A DNA stretch of 64,000 bases, taken from NCBI GenBank assembly GCA_044868145.1, contig JBIOWE010000004.1, positions 333,860 to 397,859 on the forward strand. Reading direction: 5' to 3'. The position numbers were made by a program, and so were the translations under genes. The notes beneath the pieces were generated by a model. That model made no database searches. It was given only the letters and a program-made list of their open reading frames with translations, and was not told the DNA's origin. The DNA is from Patescibacteria group bacterium. Its GTDB lineage: Bacteria > Patescibacteriota > Patescibacteriia > UBA10025 > JBIOWE01. Positions 33,764-42,761 of the stretch are shown here, piece by piece. Within the stretch, counting starts at the first letter, position 1. Each line of letters opens with the position of its first letter.

Positions 33764-34894
33764 ATGGTTGAAACGATGAACAATTTGCCAGACGGCATGC
33801 TCATCCGCACGAAAGACGGAAAATATAAAATTGTCCAGCATGGCGAGCTTGTTGCCTATCAACCGTCCGTAACCGTTGCAGCGTCAATCATGACGCAAAC
33901 GATACCACATCCGAACGAGCCGACTGCACCGCTTGCGCCGCGGTTCGCTAAAACGACCGCAGCGTTTTACATGCATCCTGACGACGAAGAAGAGATACGC
34001 CGCCACGAAGAGAAAGTACAGATGGTGACCGAGGAGGAGTCGGTGCACGAGATCGATCCAATTATCACCGGCATTGTCAGTAAACACAACTTGACGTTTC
34101 CCGACGACGTGTTGCGGAAGCGATTTTGGAGCATCGCGTCCTCTCGCTTGACGCAAATGCGTGATTCGTTGGAAACCCATGATGCGCTTACTCGGCCCGC
34201 GAAAGTTGGCGGCATGGGATACGATGAGGTCTTGAGTCAAAACATTCTGAGTACCTTGGAGCAGGAGTCATCAAACATTCACGACACAATGCAATCCGCG
34301 CCGCGGTCTCATGCACCGGAGCCGCCAGCAGGTCGCCCAACCGGAGCCCTCGAGCAGCAGCCGATGCGCCCGACTATTCCGCAAGCCCTAGCCCGGCCCG
34401 TGCAGCCGCTAAGAATGCAACAGCCCGAACCTCGACCAGTACCCCTGCCGCAACCGATTATGCCACCAGTGCGATCAGTAGATCGTCCAGTACCGCAGAT
34501 GCCACGCGTGATGCGCGAAACGATCATGACGGAACGACAGCCGGTCGTTGACATACGAAGACCAACGCGCGTTGTTGGACCAGTCGAAGAGCTGAGCGTA
34601 ACTTCAGTTGAAGATTTTCGAAAGCTCGGACGATCGCTTGAGGAACAAACAAAAAAAATGTTACAAAAGTTTGATCTACTTGCTGATGAATCTCTTTTGA
34701 AAAAAGCCGATGGCATTACCGCATGGCACACCTCGCCGATGTATCAATTATACGTAGACGTTGGTAGGGAGAGCATTGAGAGTGGTAAGTCAATTGCGGA
34801 TGTTGTGGCAGGGCGCGCTGCCGCGTCAAAACCAACTATAGCTGCGGAGGAATTCTATGCGATTGCCGACATGAATAAACGTTTGAGATTTTAA
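33764..34894 (+). CDS. hypothetical protein with a central Pro/Gln-rich linker
   Basis: About 376 aa containing PEPPAGRPTGALEQQPMRPTIPQALARPVQPLRMQQPEPRPVPLPQPIMPP. Start ambiguous among 33755 (TTG), 33764 and 33776. Confidence 0.4.
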   Translation: MVETMNNLPDGMLIRTKDGKYKIVQHGELVAYQPSVTVAASIMTQTIPHPNEPTAPLAPRFAKTTAAFYMHPDDEEEIRRHEEKVQMVTEEESVHEIDPIITGIVSKHNLTFPDDVLRKRFWSIASSRLTQMRDSLETHDALTRPAKVGGMGYDEVLSQNILSTLEQESSNIHDTMQSAPRSHAPEPPAGRPTGALEQQPMRPTIPQALARPVQPLRMQQPEPRPVPLPQPIMPPVRSVDRPVPQMPRVMRETIMTERQPVVDIRRPTRVVGPVEELSVTSVEDFRKLGRSLEEQTKKMLQKFDLLADESLLKKADGITAWHTSPMYQLYVDVGRESIESGKSIADVVAGRAAASKPTIAAEEFYAIADMNKRLRF

Positions 34895-34897
34895 CAC

Positions 34898-35320
34898 ATG
34901 CAACAGTTTGTTGTTCCACAATTCATTGATGTAGAAAGCAAAATTATCGGTCCACTGACTGTGCGGCAGTTTTTGATTTTCTTATTGGCCGCCGGTCTAA
35001 TTTTTGCAACGTTCAAGATTTTTTCCTTTGCGCCAGCGGCCGTGCTCACTATTCTGATATTCGCAATCGCGGTTGTCTTCGCTGCGGTCAAAATTAACGG
35101 TCGGCCATTCCATTATTTTATTATTTCGCTTATCCAAACGAGCAAGCGGCCCCCACTGAAAATATGGGAAAAACAATTGACGCAACATGAGCGAAAACGC
35201 AAAGACAAAGAAAAGACTGAACGAACCGAGATTATTGTGGCAAAGAAACCATTGACAAAATCGCGCCTGACCGAACTTTCCCTCATCGTCGACACCGGAG
35301 GCGCGTTTAAAGAAGAGTAA
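34898..35320 (+). CDS. PrgI-family (VirB3-like) T4SS membrane protein
   Basis: 140 aa with the N-terminal signature MQQFVVPQFIDVESKIIGPLTVRQFLIFLLAAGLIF, followed by a second TM helix. Confidence 0.65.
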   Translation: MQQFVVPQFIDVESKIIGPLTVRQFLIFLLAAGLIFATFKIFSFAPAAVLTILIFAIAVVFAAVKINGRPFHYFIISLIQTSKRPPLKIWEKQLTQHERKRKDKEKTERTEIIVAKKPLTKSRLTELSLIVDTGGAFKEE

Positions 35321-35324
35321 GAGT

Positions 35325-36002
35325 ATGGCAAAAGACGAAAAAAAACGAAAAGAAGCTTATTCAACCCAGCGTTATTTGGACATTTTGGAAATCAAAGACG
35401 ACTGTGTTGTTTTGAAGGATGGCACGCTCCGCGGGGTTATGCTGGTTTCGTCGATCAACTTTGCGCTCAAGTCCGAAGAAGAGCAGAATGCTGTTATATC
35501 CGGGTACATGCAGTTTTTGAACTCACTGGATTTTCCCATTCAGATCGTCGTTCAATCACGCAAATTGAATATTGACGAATACATTGAACGACTCAAAGAT
35601 ATCGAGAAGCGGCAAACGAATGATCTCTTACGCATCCAAACGCAAGAATATCGTCAGTATATCGGTGAACTTGTCGAACTATCGGATATCATGAGCAAGA
35701 AGTTTTATGTTGTCATTCCATTCGCACCCGGCAAAGGAGGCACGAAGAAATTCTTTTCCGTGTTCCGAGAAGCGCTCTCACCGACGTCGGTGATCCATTT
35801 GAAACAAAAAAAATTCGAAAAGTATCGGGACGAGCTTGGTAAGCGTGTCGGATACGTTTTGAGCGGACTTTCTTCAACCGGCTTGAATGCGGTTCAGCTT
35901 GACACCCAGGGTCTCATTGAGCTGTATTACGACACGTACAATCCGGAAATCGCGCCCCAACAAAAATTTGTGGAAGCGAATAAACTTAATCTTGAAGCAT
36001 AA
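35325..36002 (+). CDS. VirB4/TraE-like conjugative ATPase, N-terminal fragment (split gene)
   Basis: 225 aa. LDILEIKDDCVVLKDGTLRGVMLVSSINFALKSEEEQNAVISGYMQFLNSLDFPIQIVVQSRKLNIDEY matches the N-terminal region of Gram-positive VirB4 (PrgJ/TraE). It ends with a TAA 2 nt before the ATG of the next ORF. Confidence 0.6.
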   Translation: MAKDEKKRKEAYSTQRYLDILEIKDDCVVLKDGTLRGVMLVSSINFALKSEEEQNAVISGYMQFLNSLDFPIQIVVQSRKLNIDEYIERLKDIEKRQTNDLLRIQTQEYRQYIGELVELSDIMSKKFYVVIPFAPGKGGTKKFFSVFREALSPTSVIHLKQKKFEKYRDELGKRVGYVLSGLSSTGLNAVQLDTQGLIELYYDTYNPEIAPQQKFVEANKLNLEA

Positions 36003-36004
36003 TT

Positions 36005-37918
36005 ATGGTTGAATTTTTCCGAAAACGCACGCCATTGCCAACGGAGCCCCTTGGGCAGCTGACGTCCGAAGAGCAGCGTCGGCTCCGGGAGCAAACGATT
36101 GAGGAAAAAAAGGAAACTCTGGAAGCCGAGCAGGTGTACAGACGCGGTGTTGTCACCGTTCGGGATTTGATCGCGCCTTCGGCGATGAAGGTAGAACCAC
36201 GGTACATGGAGCTCAATGGCAGGTTTGTTCGGACGATTTTCGTCGTCGCCTATCCGCGCTACATTAGCGTTGGCTGGTTCGCGCCGATCATCAATTTAAA
36301 CACGCCGCTTGATATTTCAATGTTTTTTTACCCGCTTGGCTCCGAGGTCATTTTGAAGCAGCTAAGAAATAAAGTTGGCGCGTTGCAAGCGCAAATTCTC
36401 TCGGACGCGGAAAAAGGCGCGCCGCGCGATCCTATACGCGAAACTGCGCTTCGCGACATAGAAAAACTTCGCGACGACTTGACGCAAGGAATTGAGAAAT
36501 TTTTTCAATATGCGCTCTATGTAACGTTGTACGCGGATTCAAAGGAGCAGCTTGAACAAATTTCGGAAAAAGTGGAAACGCTGTTCGGAACCCGACTCAT
36601 TTATACCAAACGCGTTCTCTATCAAGCAGAGCAAGGTTTTAATTCAACCCTGCCCCTTGGAACGGACCAGCTCATGATTGCGTTTAACATGAATACGTCG
36701 CCATGCGCGTCGTCGTTTCCTTTTATTTCTTCCGAGCTTACGTCTGACAATGGTATTTTGTACGGTATTAACCGTCATAATAACAGTTTGATACTTTTCG
36801 ACCGGTTTTCGCTGCAAAACGCAAATTCCGTGGTGTTTGCGACGTCAGGCGCCGGCAAGAGTTACGCAATCAAACTCGAAGTGCTCCGCAGTATGATGCT
36901 CGGAACGGACGTTATTATTATTGACCCGGAACGCGAGTACAAATATTTATCCGATGCAGTAGGAGGGACGTACATAAACATCTCACTGAACTCGGAAAGT
37001 AAGATTAACCCCTTTGACTTGCCGAAAAATCCAGGCGACGAAAAGCCGGCAGACATCATTCGTTCGGCGGTCATTGCGCTCAAGGGTCTTGTTCGTTTGA
37101 TGCTCGGGGAGCTTTCCCACGAAGAGGACGCGATTGTTGATCGTGCGCTCATCGAGACCTATGCCAAAAAAGACATTACACCGGACGCGGACCTTTCCAA
37201 AGTCGAATCGCCTCTTATGAGCGACTTTCAGGAAGTGCTTTCCGGCATGGCTGGAGCGGACAATCTCGTTACGCGGCTGCGAAAGTTCACCGAAGGCACG
37301 TTTTCCGGGTTGTTCAATAGTCCGACAAACGTGGAGATTAATAATCAACTGGTTGTTTTCACTGTACGGGACTTGGAAGATGAGCTGCGACCTATCGGGA
37401 TCCAAATCATTATTGCGCATATTTGGAACGTCGTCCGCTCGCAACTGAAAAAACGCATTCTTGTTATTGACGAAGGATGGTGGCTGATGCAGCATGAAGA
37501 TTCGGCCAAGTTTATTTTCGCGCTCGTGAAGCGATGCCGAAAATATTACCTCGGCATTACGACGATTACGCAAGACGTCACTGACTTTTTACGGTCGCCG
37601 TATGGCCAAGCCATAGTGACCAACTCCTCCATTCAGTTGCTTATGAAACAGTCGCCCGCGGCCATTGATATCGTCGCGAAGACTTTTTTACTCACGGAGG
37701 GCGAACGGTACCTGCTCCTCGAGAGTAACGTTGGCGAGGGAATTTTCTTTGCGGGCGCCAAGCACGCCGCCATTAAGGTGGTTGCCTCCTACACCGAAGA
37801 TCAGGTGATTACGTCTGACCCGCGCCAGCTCTTAGAAATCGAGCAAGCAAAAAAGGAGTTTGAGCAACAGTTTGCAGAGCAAGGCGCTGAACGCCAGCCC
37901 CAGGCTGCCGCAACATAA
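36005..37918 (+). CDS. VirB4-like T4SS ATPase (central and C-terminal ATPase domains)
   Basis: 637 aa with Walker A FATSGAGKSYAIK and Walker B/helical region ILVIDEGWWLM. It continues the VirB4 N-region homology (GRFVRTIFVVAYPRYISVGWFAPIINLNTPLDISMFFYP). Confidence 0.8.
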   Translation: MVEFFRKRTPLPTEPLGQLTSEEQRRLREQTIEEKKETLEAEQVYRRGVVTVRDLIAPSAMKVEPRYMELNGRFVRTIFVVAYPRYISVGWFAPIINLNTPLDISMFFYPLGSEVILKQLRNKVGALQAQILSDAEKGAPRDPIRETALRDIEKLRDDLTQGIEKFFQYALYVTLYADSKEQLEQISEKVETLFGTRLIYTKRVLYQAEQGFNSTLPLGTDQLMIAFNMNTSPCASSFPFISSELTSDNGILYGINRHNNSLILFDRFSLQNANSVVFATSGAGKSYAIKLEVLRSMMLGTDVIIIDPEREYKYLSDAVGGTYINISLNSESKINPFDLPKNPGDEKPADIIRSAVIALKGLVRLMLGELSHEEDAIVDRALIETYAKKDITPDADLSKVESPLMSDFQEVLSGMAGADNLVTRLRKFTEGTFSGLFNSPTNVEINNQLVVFTVRDLEDELRPIGIQIIIAHIWNVVRSQLKKRILVIDEGWWLMQHEDSAKFIFALVKRCRKYYLGITTITQDVTDFLRSPYGQAIVTNSSIQLLMKQSPAAIDIVAKTFLLTEGERYLLLESNVGEGIFFAGAKHAAIKVVASYTEDQVITSDPRQLLEIEQAKKEFEQQFAEQGAERQPQAAAT

Positions 37919-37924
37919 ACATCT

Positions 37925-38509
37925 ATGAACAGAAAATATCTTCTTTTTCTCGGCATCTTCGTCGGTTTGCTCCTTATTGCCGCGGCCGTTTTATTTTTTT
38001 TGAATCGGCAGCCAGCGGCAAACCAGAATACCGGCAATCAGAATACAAATACCCAGATCGTGGTGAATACTAATGTCACCAATACCGCAACGAACGTGCA
38101 AGCCGTTAATGAGCAGGAGAAGACGAAGCTCGAATTAAGCCGGATCGCTCTTTCATTCGCTGAACGGTTTGGGACATATTCGAATCAGTCGGATTTTGAA
38201 AATGTCGAAAGCCTGAAAGTGTTCATGACCGGCAGCATGCAAACGTGGGCCGACGGATTTGTGGCCAGCGCGCGCCAGCAGAACGCCGACTCCTCAATTT
38301 ATTACGGTGTCACCACAAAAGTCATTACGTCAAAGAATGTCCGTTTTGACGAAACGCACGCGGATTTTGTCTTTACGACCCAGCGAATAGAATCAACCGG
38401 CACGACGGATAACAATCGAGTTTTTTTCCAGGATATTTCCATCAAGTTCGTGAAAGAAGGATCGCAATGGAAAGTAAACGAGGCAACGTGGCTTGATATT
38501 AAAGCTTAG
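37925..38509 (+). CDS. membrane-anchored protein, possible VirB8-like (NTF2-fold) component
   Basis: 194 aa with a single N-terminal TM (LLFLGIFVGLLLIAAAVLFFL), an Asn/Thr-rich linker and a roughly 130-aa globular domain. Its position after VirB4 suggests a PrgL/VirB8 analogue, but this is inference only. Confidence 0.3.
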   Translation: MNRKYLLFLGIFVGLLLIAAAVLFFLNRQPAANQNTGNQNTNTQIVVNTNVTNTATNVQAVNEQEKTKLELSRIALSFAERFGTYSNQSDFENVESLKVFMTGSMQTWADGFVASARQQNADSSIYYGVTTKVITSKNVRFDETHADFVFTTQRIESTGTTDNNRVFFQDISIKFVKEGSQWKVNEATWLDIKA

Positions 38510-38510
38510 T

Positions 38511-39095
38511 ATGGCGAACGACATCGATAGCCTGCAGTCCGGACGAAGCCCGGGTTCGCGCGAGGAGCAGAAAACGATCGCGCAACAGCTTGAAAAAGAA
38601 ACGGCGCGCAAGATGTACCTGAACCGCCGCGCAACAGAGCAAACAACGCTTCGCGAGCTGCCGTCGAGTCGAACAACAAAACCAGAACAAGAAGAAGCGC
38701 GGTCCGAGGAAGAAGAATCTAGCCAGTCGTTCGTTGAGAATGAAGACCAGTCGAATGTGTCGCAGGGCCAGGAACGATCCGTGGCCAGTTCTTTTCAGCA
38801 AAAACTACAGATGGCCCGACAGGTCGCGAGCAAGGAGGTAAAAACAGAGATGTCAGTTGCTGCCGAAGCTACCGCAAAGGCTGCATCACGAGCCGCTGTT
38901 ATGGCTGTGCGAGGCGCGGCGCTTGCCGTGATCAACGCAGTCGGCGCGGTTATAGGATTTATTGCGGGGTTTGGCTGGCCGGTGTTACTTGGAATTTTAA
39001 TAGTTATTGTGCTTGGCTTTCTCATAAGTGATCCAGTATCTGCTTCCAAACTTGGCGTGTGCTTCATTGTTGAAGCCCTGGGCTTTAGTTGCTGA
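38511..39095 (+). CDS. hypothetical protein with an acidic N-terminal region and a C-terminal two-helix hydrophobic hairpin
   Basis: About 195 aa from the ATG at 38511. The C-terminus reads AAVMAVRGAALAVINAVGAVIGFIAGFGWPVLLGILIVIVLGFLI. Confidence 0.35.
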   Translation: MANDIDSLQSGRSPGSREEQKTIAQQLEKETARKMYLNRRATEQTTLRELPSSRTTKPEQEEARSEEEESSQSFVENEDQSNVSQGQERSVASSFQQKLQMARQVASKEVKTEMSVAAEATAKAASRAAVMAVRGAALAVINAVGAVIGFIAGFGWPVLLGILIVIVLGFLISDPVSASKLGVCFIVEALGFSC

Positions 39096-39100
39096 TAGAT

Positions 39101-40075
39101 ATGAATCATCGAACCAGAATTTTCCTCTTTTTTCTTGCAATCTTTGTTCTTTCTCTTTTTGTATTGCCGCACGCAGCCTCCGCCCAACTCCAGACGCTCA
39201 CGGACGTCTGCAAAGTGACAAATGAAAAGGACGCGATCCACCTGAATGTCGGGTTTTCGGTACCGGGCGTCATTTTCGAACTGCCCGCGGGCAGCGGCGA
39301 ATTTTACGTGAAGAATTTCGGATGCTATATCGGCGGGTTTTATCGTTACTTTGCCGGCGTGGCTGGCATTCTCGCGGCCGTGCTTATCATGTGGGGTGGG
39401 TATAAATACGTTACATCGTTCGGCAACCCTAGTAGACTCTCCGATGCGAAAGACACGATTCAACAGGCGTTGATTGGGCTCGCGTTCGTGCTCGGCACAT
39501 ACATTATTCTCTACACTATTAATCCGAACCTTGTCATTCTGCAAACGCCACAGTTGCCTATCATTCCTTCCGTTGAGCTCACCAAATCTTACGACTGGGA
39601 AAATGTACGATTCTGTCGAGAAAAAGCACAGTTTACAACTGCCAGCTGCGGAGGAATCTTCAATGCGGGTAAGACTGATGAGTGCCGAATGGTCAGCAAC
39701 GGTTGCAAGAATTCGAACGGCATTTGCGTGGCGGCCAAGAACAGTTACGCTGGATTAACGCGACCAGCCGATCTAAAACAAGGTGATATTTTCATCAATT
39801 GTCAGGAGTCAATATTGTTGTCCTACACAAAACCCGGGGAGTCCGAGGAGAAAGAGAGAACCTTGGTTGGAGATCCGAACGTGGACTGTGGCTACATCAA
39901 AGATGATATCGGCGGTCTACATTTAACCGGAAATCGAGGCGTTGGCATGAAATGCCCAGCGGATAAATATGGATGTGTGATTATTAATGACGCCGGGTTC
40001 GTGATTTACGGAGCGGGAGACTTACAACCTGGCAATGGAATTATTGGAGCATTTCTCAATGCAACATGCTATTAG
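39101..40075 (+). CDS. secreted protein with a pilin-like two-helix membrane module and a Cys-rich C-terminal domain
   Basis: Signal peptide MNHRTRIFLFFLAIFVLSLFVLPHAASA. The module GGFYRYFAGVAGILAAVLIMWGGYKYVTSFGNPSRLSDAKDTIQQALIGLAFVLGTYIILYTINPNLV is paralogous to the N-terminal region of the VirB1-like protein at 41346. The C-terminal domain carries about 12 Cys. Confidence 0.5.
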   Translation: MNHRTRIFLFFLAIFVLSLFVLPHAASAQLQTLTDVCKVTNEKDAIHLNVGFSVPGVIFELPAGSGEFYVKNFGCYIGGFYRYFAGVAGILAAVLIMWGGYKYVTSFGNPSRLSDAKDTIQQALIGLAFVLGTYIILYTINPNLVILQTPQLPIIPSVELTKSYDWENVRFCREKAQFTTASCGGIFNAGKTDECRMVSNGCKNSNGICVAAKNSYAGLTRPADLKQGDIFINCQESILLSYTKPGESEEKERTLVGDPNVDCGYIKDDIGGLHLTGNRGVGMKCPADKYGCVIINDAGFVIYGAGDLQPGNGIIGAFLNATCY

Positions 40076-40089
40076 AATAATAACGTACT

Positions 40090-41346
40090 ATGCGTAGAAT
40101 TTTTGTCATCGCTGGCTTCGCACTCCTTGTGGTAGGCATTGGTATTGCCATTTATTTTGTATTTTTCCGCGGCGCTGGTGGACCCACGAATAACGCGAAC
40201 GTCGGAAACGCGAACACGAACATTGGCGGTTTTCCTGTCACCAACGGCAACGTGAACGGCTCCATTGTAAACTTTACGGTTAACGGAAACGTCAACGTGG
40301 GAGGTCCAATTACGAATGCAGTCTTGCCGGAAATAGATACCATCGCTCGGGGAGGAAAAACGCTCACGAACGATCTTTCCCAACAAAGCATCATGGCTCC
40401 GTCGATCGGGCCAGACGGCAAAAGCGTCGTGTTTTACGATCCGATCACCGGACTGTTTTATGAGCTGTCGCCTGACGGAAAAACGAAACGACAGCTTTCC
40501 GACCAACGTTTTCCGAACGCCGAGAAAATATCCTGGGCGCCAGACGGCACCCGCGCCATTGTTACGTTTCCGGACGGAAGCAAAGTGCTGTACGATTTTT
40601 CGACCAAGCAACAAGTAACGCTCCCGCGCGAATGGGACAACATTGTGTTTTCCGGCGATGGAACAAAAATAGGGTTTAAAGACTTGCAGGAAAACGTGGA
40701 TAACCGGTGGCTCTCAATTGCGAATCCGGATGGGTCAAGCGTGCAATCGATTGAGCCAATTGGCGACAAAGGGGACGACGTTCAGGTTGCCTGGTCGCCG
40801 ACGAGCCAGGTGATAGCTTTATTCCGCGAGGGCAGTTCGGGTTCAACCCAGGAAGTGTTTCCCATTGGGCAGCACGGTGAGAACTTTAAATCCTTTGCCG
40901 TGGATGGCCGGGGCTTTGAAGGCGCATGGTCTCCGAAGGGCGACCGCTTGCTCTATAATGTGTTTAACGCGGGTTCGGACTACAAACCGACCCTTTGGAT
41001 CGTGGACGCATCGGGCGATAACATCGGGAACAACAACCGCGCTCTGGGCGTGCAAACCTGGGCGAATAAGTGCGTTTTCTCGAGCGATAACGTCACGATA
41101 TTTTGTGCGGTGCCGAGCGATTTACCAGAGGGAGCTGCGTTGTATCCGGACATCGCTCAAAACGTGCCGGATACGTTTTATCGCATCAATACACAAACGG
41201 GTTTGAGGACGGTTCTCGCGCAACCCGTCAATGCTCAAGGCGGCGGTTCGTATACGGTTCGATCGCCTTTTCTATCCGAAGGTGAACAGAATTTGTACTT
41301 CACGGATTCGTTGAGCGGGCGCCTCTATACAATTCAATTAAAATAA
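40090..41346 (+). CDS. TolB-like PD40/WD40-type beta-propeller protein, membrane-anchored
   Basis: 418 aa with N-terminal TM and repeated SWAPDGTRAIV / VFSGDGTKIGF / AWSPTSQVIAL / AWSPKGDRLLY blades. Confidence 0.55.
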   Translation: MRRIFVIAGFALLVVGIGIAIYFVFFRGAGGPTNNANVGNANTNIGGFPVTNGNVNGSIVNFTVNGNVNVGGPITNAVLPEIDTIARGGKTLTNDLSQQSIMAPSIGPDGKSVVFYDPITGLFYELSPDGKTKRQLSDQRFPNAEKISWAPDGTRAIVTFPDGSKVLYDFSTKQQVTLPREWDNIVFSGDGTKIGFKDLQENVDNRWLSIANPDGSSVQSIEPIGDKGDDVQVAWSPTSQVIALFREGSSGSTQEVFPIGQHGENFKSFAVDGRGFEGAWSPKGDRLLYNVFNAGSDYKPTLWIVDASGDNIGNNNRALGVQTWANKCVFSSDNVTIFCAVPSDLPEGAALYPDIAQNVPDTFYRINTQTGLRTVLAQPVNAQGGGSYTVRSPFLSEGEQNLYFTDSLSGRLYTIQLK

Positions 41347-42356
41347 TGGTCATAAGATTTTCTTTTCGCAAGGCCGTTCTTATTGGGCTTGCATTGGTTT
41401 TTGCATTCGTTATGTTCAACGTCCTTGCGTTAGCCGCGCACGCTCAACAGGATACGTCAAAGGGCGCAACTTTTCGTCCGAACATCACTATTCCCGGCTC
41501 CAAGTTTATCGCAGGCCAAGAAGTCGTAATTAACGGTGATACCATCGGCGAATGGATCGCCGCGTTTTACGTATTTTTTGTCGGCATCGCCGGCATACTT
41601 GCCACAGTCATGATTATGTGGGGCGGCTACAAGTATATTACCTCATTCGGCAATGCAACGCGCACGCAGGGCGCAAAAGATACGATCACCCAGGCGCTCA
41701 TCGGTTTAGCAATGACGCTCGGCGCTTACATTATCCTCCTCACCATCAATCCGAACCTCGTGCAGTTTAAAAGCTTGACGTTGGCGCCGATTCCCTCTCA
41801 CGAACTTGGCGAGCGCGGGGAAGCAAGTCTCAAAGGCGCGGCGCACTGGGACGGCAATAACGTGGCGACCTACGACAATCTCTTGAGAGCTGCGGCGGAT
41901 AGCTACGGACTTGACCGCGATTGGATGAAAGCAATTATGCTTGTTGAGTCAGGCGGGAATCCGAACGCGGTGTCGCCCGCGCAGGCATGCGGGCTTATGC
42001 AGCTTCTGCCTTCCACGGCGAACTTGACGTGTGAGCAACTAAAGAATCCCGCAGCAAACATTGACGCGGCAGGGAAGTATTTGCGAAGCCTGACGAACCT
42101 GACGTGCCCGCAAAATGCAACGTTGAGAGACAATACGGCTGTTTCCTGTGATCCGAGAAAAACGAAATGTCGAAACGGCGATATTCATTACATCGTGGCC
42201 GCGTACAACGGTGGCGTTGGGGCGAACTGTTCAAGCGTTTCTTGCCCGGGCAGTACCTGGTGGGAATGCCCGGTGAACACAGGATTTGACGAAACGAGAA
42301 GTTACGTTCAACTGGTCCAAACCGCATACGACAAAATAAAGCTGAATGGGTGGTAG
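41346..42356 (+). CDS. VirB1-like lytic transglycosylase (SLT domain) with an N-terminal pilin-like membrane module
   Basis: 336 aa. The N-terminal module IAAFYVFFVGIAGILATVMIMWGGYKYITSFGNATRTQGAKDTITQALIGLAMTLGAYIILLTINPNLV matches that of 39101. The SLT catalytic region is DRDWMKAIMLVESGGNPNAVSPAQACGLMQLLPSTA (ES...GLMQ). Confidence 0.7.
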   Translation: MVIRFSFRKAVLIGLALVFAFVMFNVLALAAHAQQDTSKGATFRPNITIPGSKFIAGQEVVINGDTIGEWIAAFYVFFVGIAGILATVMIMWGGYKYITSFGNATRTQGAKDTITQALIGLAMTLGAYIILLTINPNLVQFKSLTLAPIPSHELGERGEASLKGAAHWDGNNVATYDNLLRAAADSYGLDRDWMKAIMLVESGGNPNAVSPAQACGLMQLLPSTANLTCEQLKNPAANIDAAGKYLRSLTNLTCPQNATLRDNTAVSCDPRKTKCRNGDIHYIVAAYNGGVGANCSSVSCPGSTWWECPVNTGFDETRSYVQLVQTAYDKIKLNGW

Positions 42357-42454
42357 GACGTACGACCGCATATAGCTTATGGCGTATAGTATATAGAAGT
42401 TTGCAAGAAGGTTTTTCTATAAGCCATACGCTATAGGCAAAGATGGTGTGGGGA

Positions 42455-42495
42455 TAAAAAACTCCCATTCGTTATTTTGAATGGGAGTTGAATGA
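42455..42495 (-). terminator. intrinsic terminator for the minus-strand small gene
   Basis: A 10-bp stem aactcccatt/aatgggagtt is followed on the minus strand by TTTTTTATCC. Confidence 0.6.
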
Positions 42496-42512
42496 TGTTG
42501 CCCATTGCGGGC

Positions 42513-42761
42513 TTACTTACCTCCTTTCAAGTAAGCATCGAGGCCATGTTTAACAGCCTCTGATGTCAGTTTTACAGTTTGATGGAGTGTTTCAACTCGC
42601 TGCTTCCAGCCGGGGAGACCGCCGCGAACCGCTATAGGATCATTTTGATCGGTATAAAATTCCTGTGTCTCGGGATTGTAATAGAGTTTACTCGATCCCG
42701 CCGTGGCAGCGAGAAATATTTCGTTGTCTCTTTGCTTTTGCTTCTTCGTTTTGACTATCAT
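42513..42761 (-). CDS. hypothetical small protein (82 aa)
   Basis: Complete ORF with a downstream intrinsic terminator. No recognisable family. Confidence 0.35.
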   Translation of the reverse strand: MIVKTKKQKQRDNEIFLAATAGSSKLYYNPETQEFYTDQNDPIAVRGGLPGWKQRVETLHQTVKLTSEAVKHGLDAYLKGGK

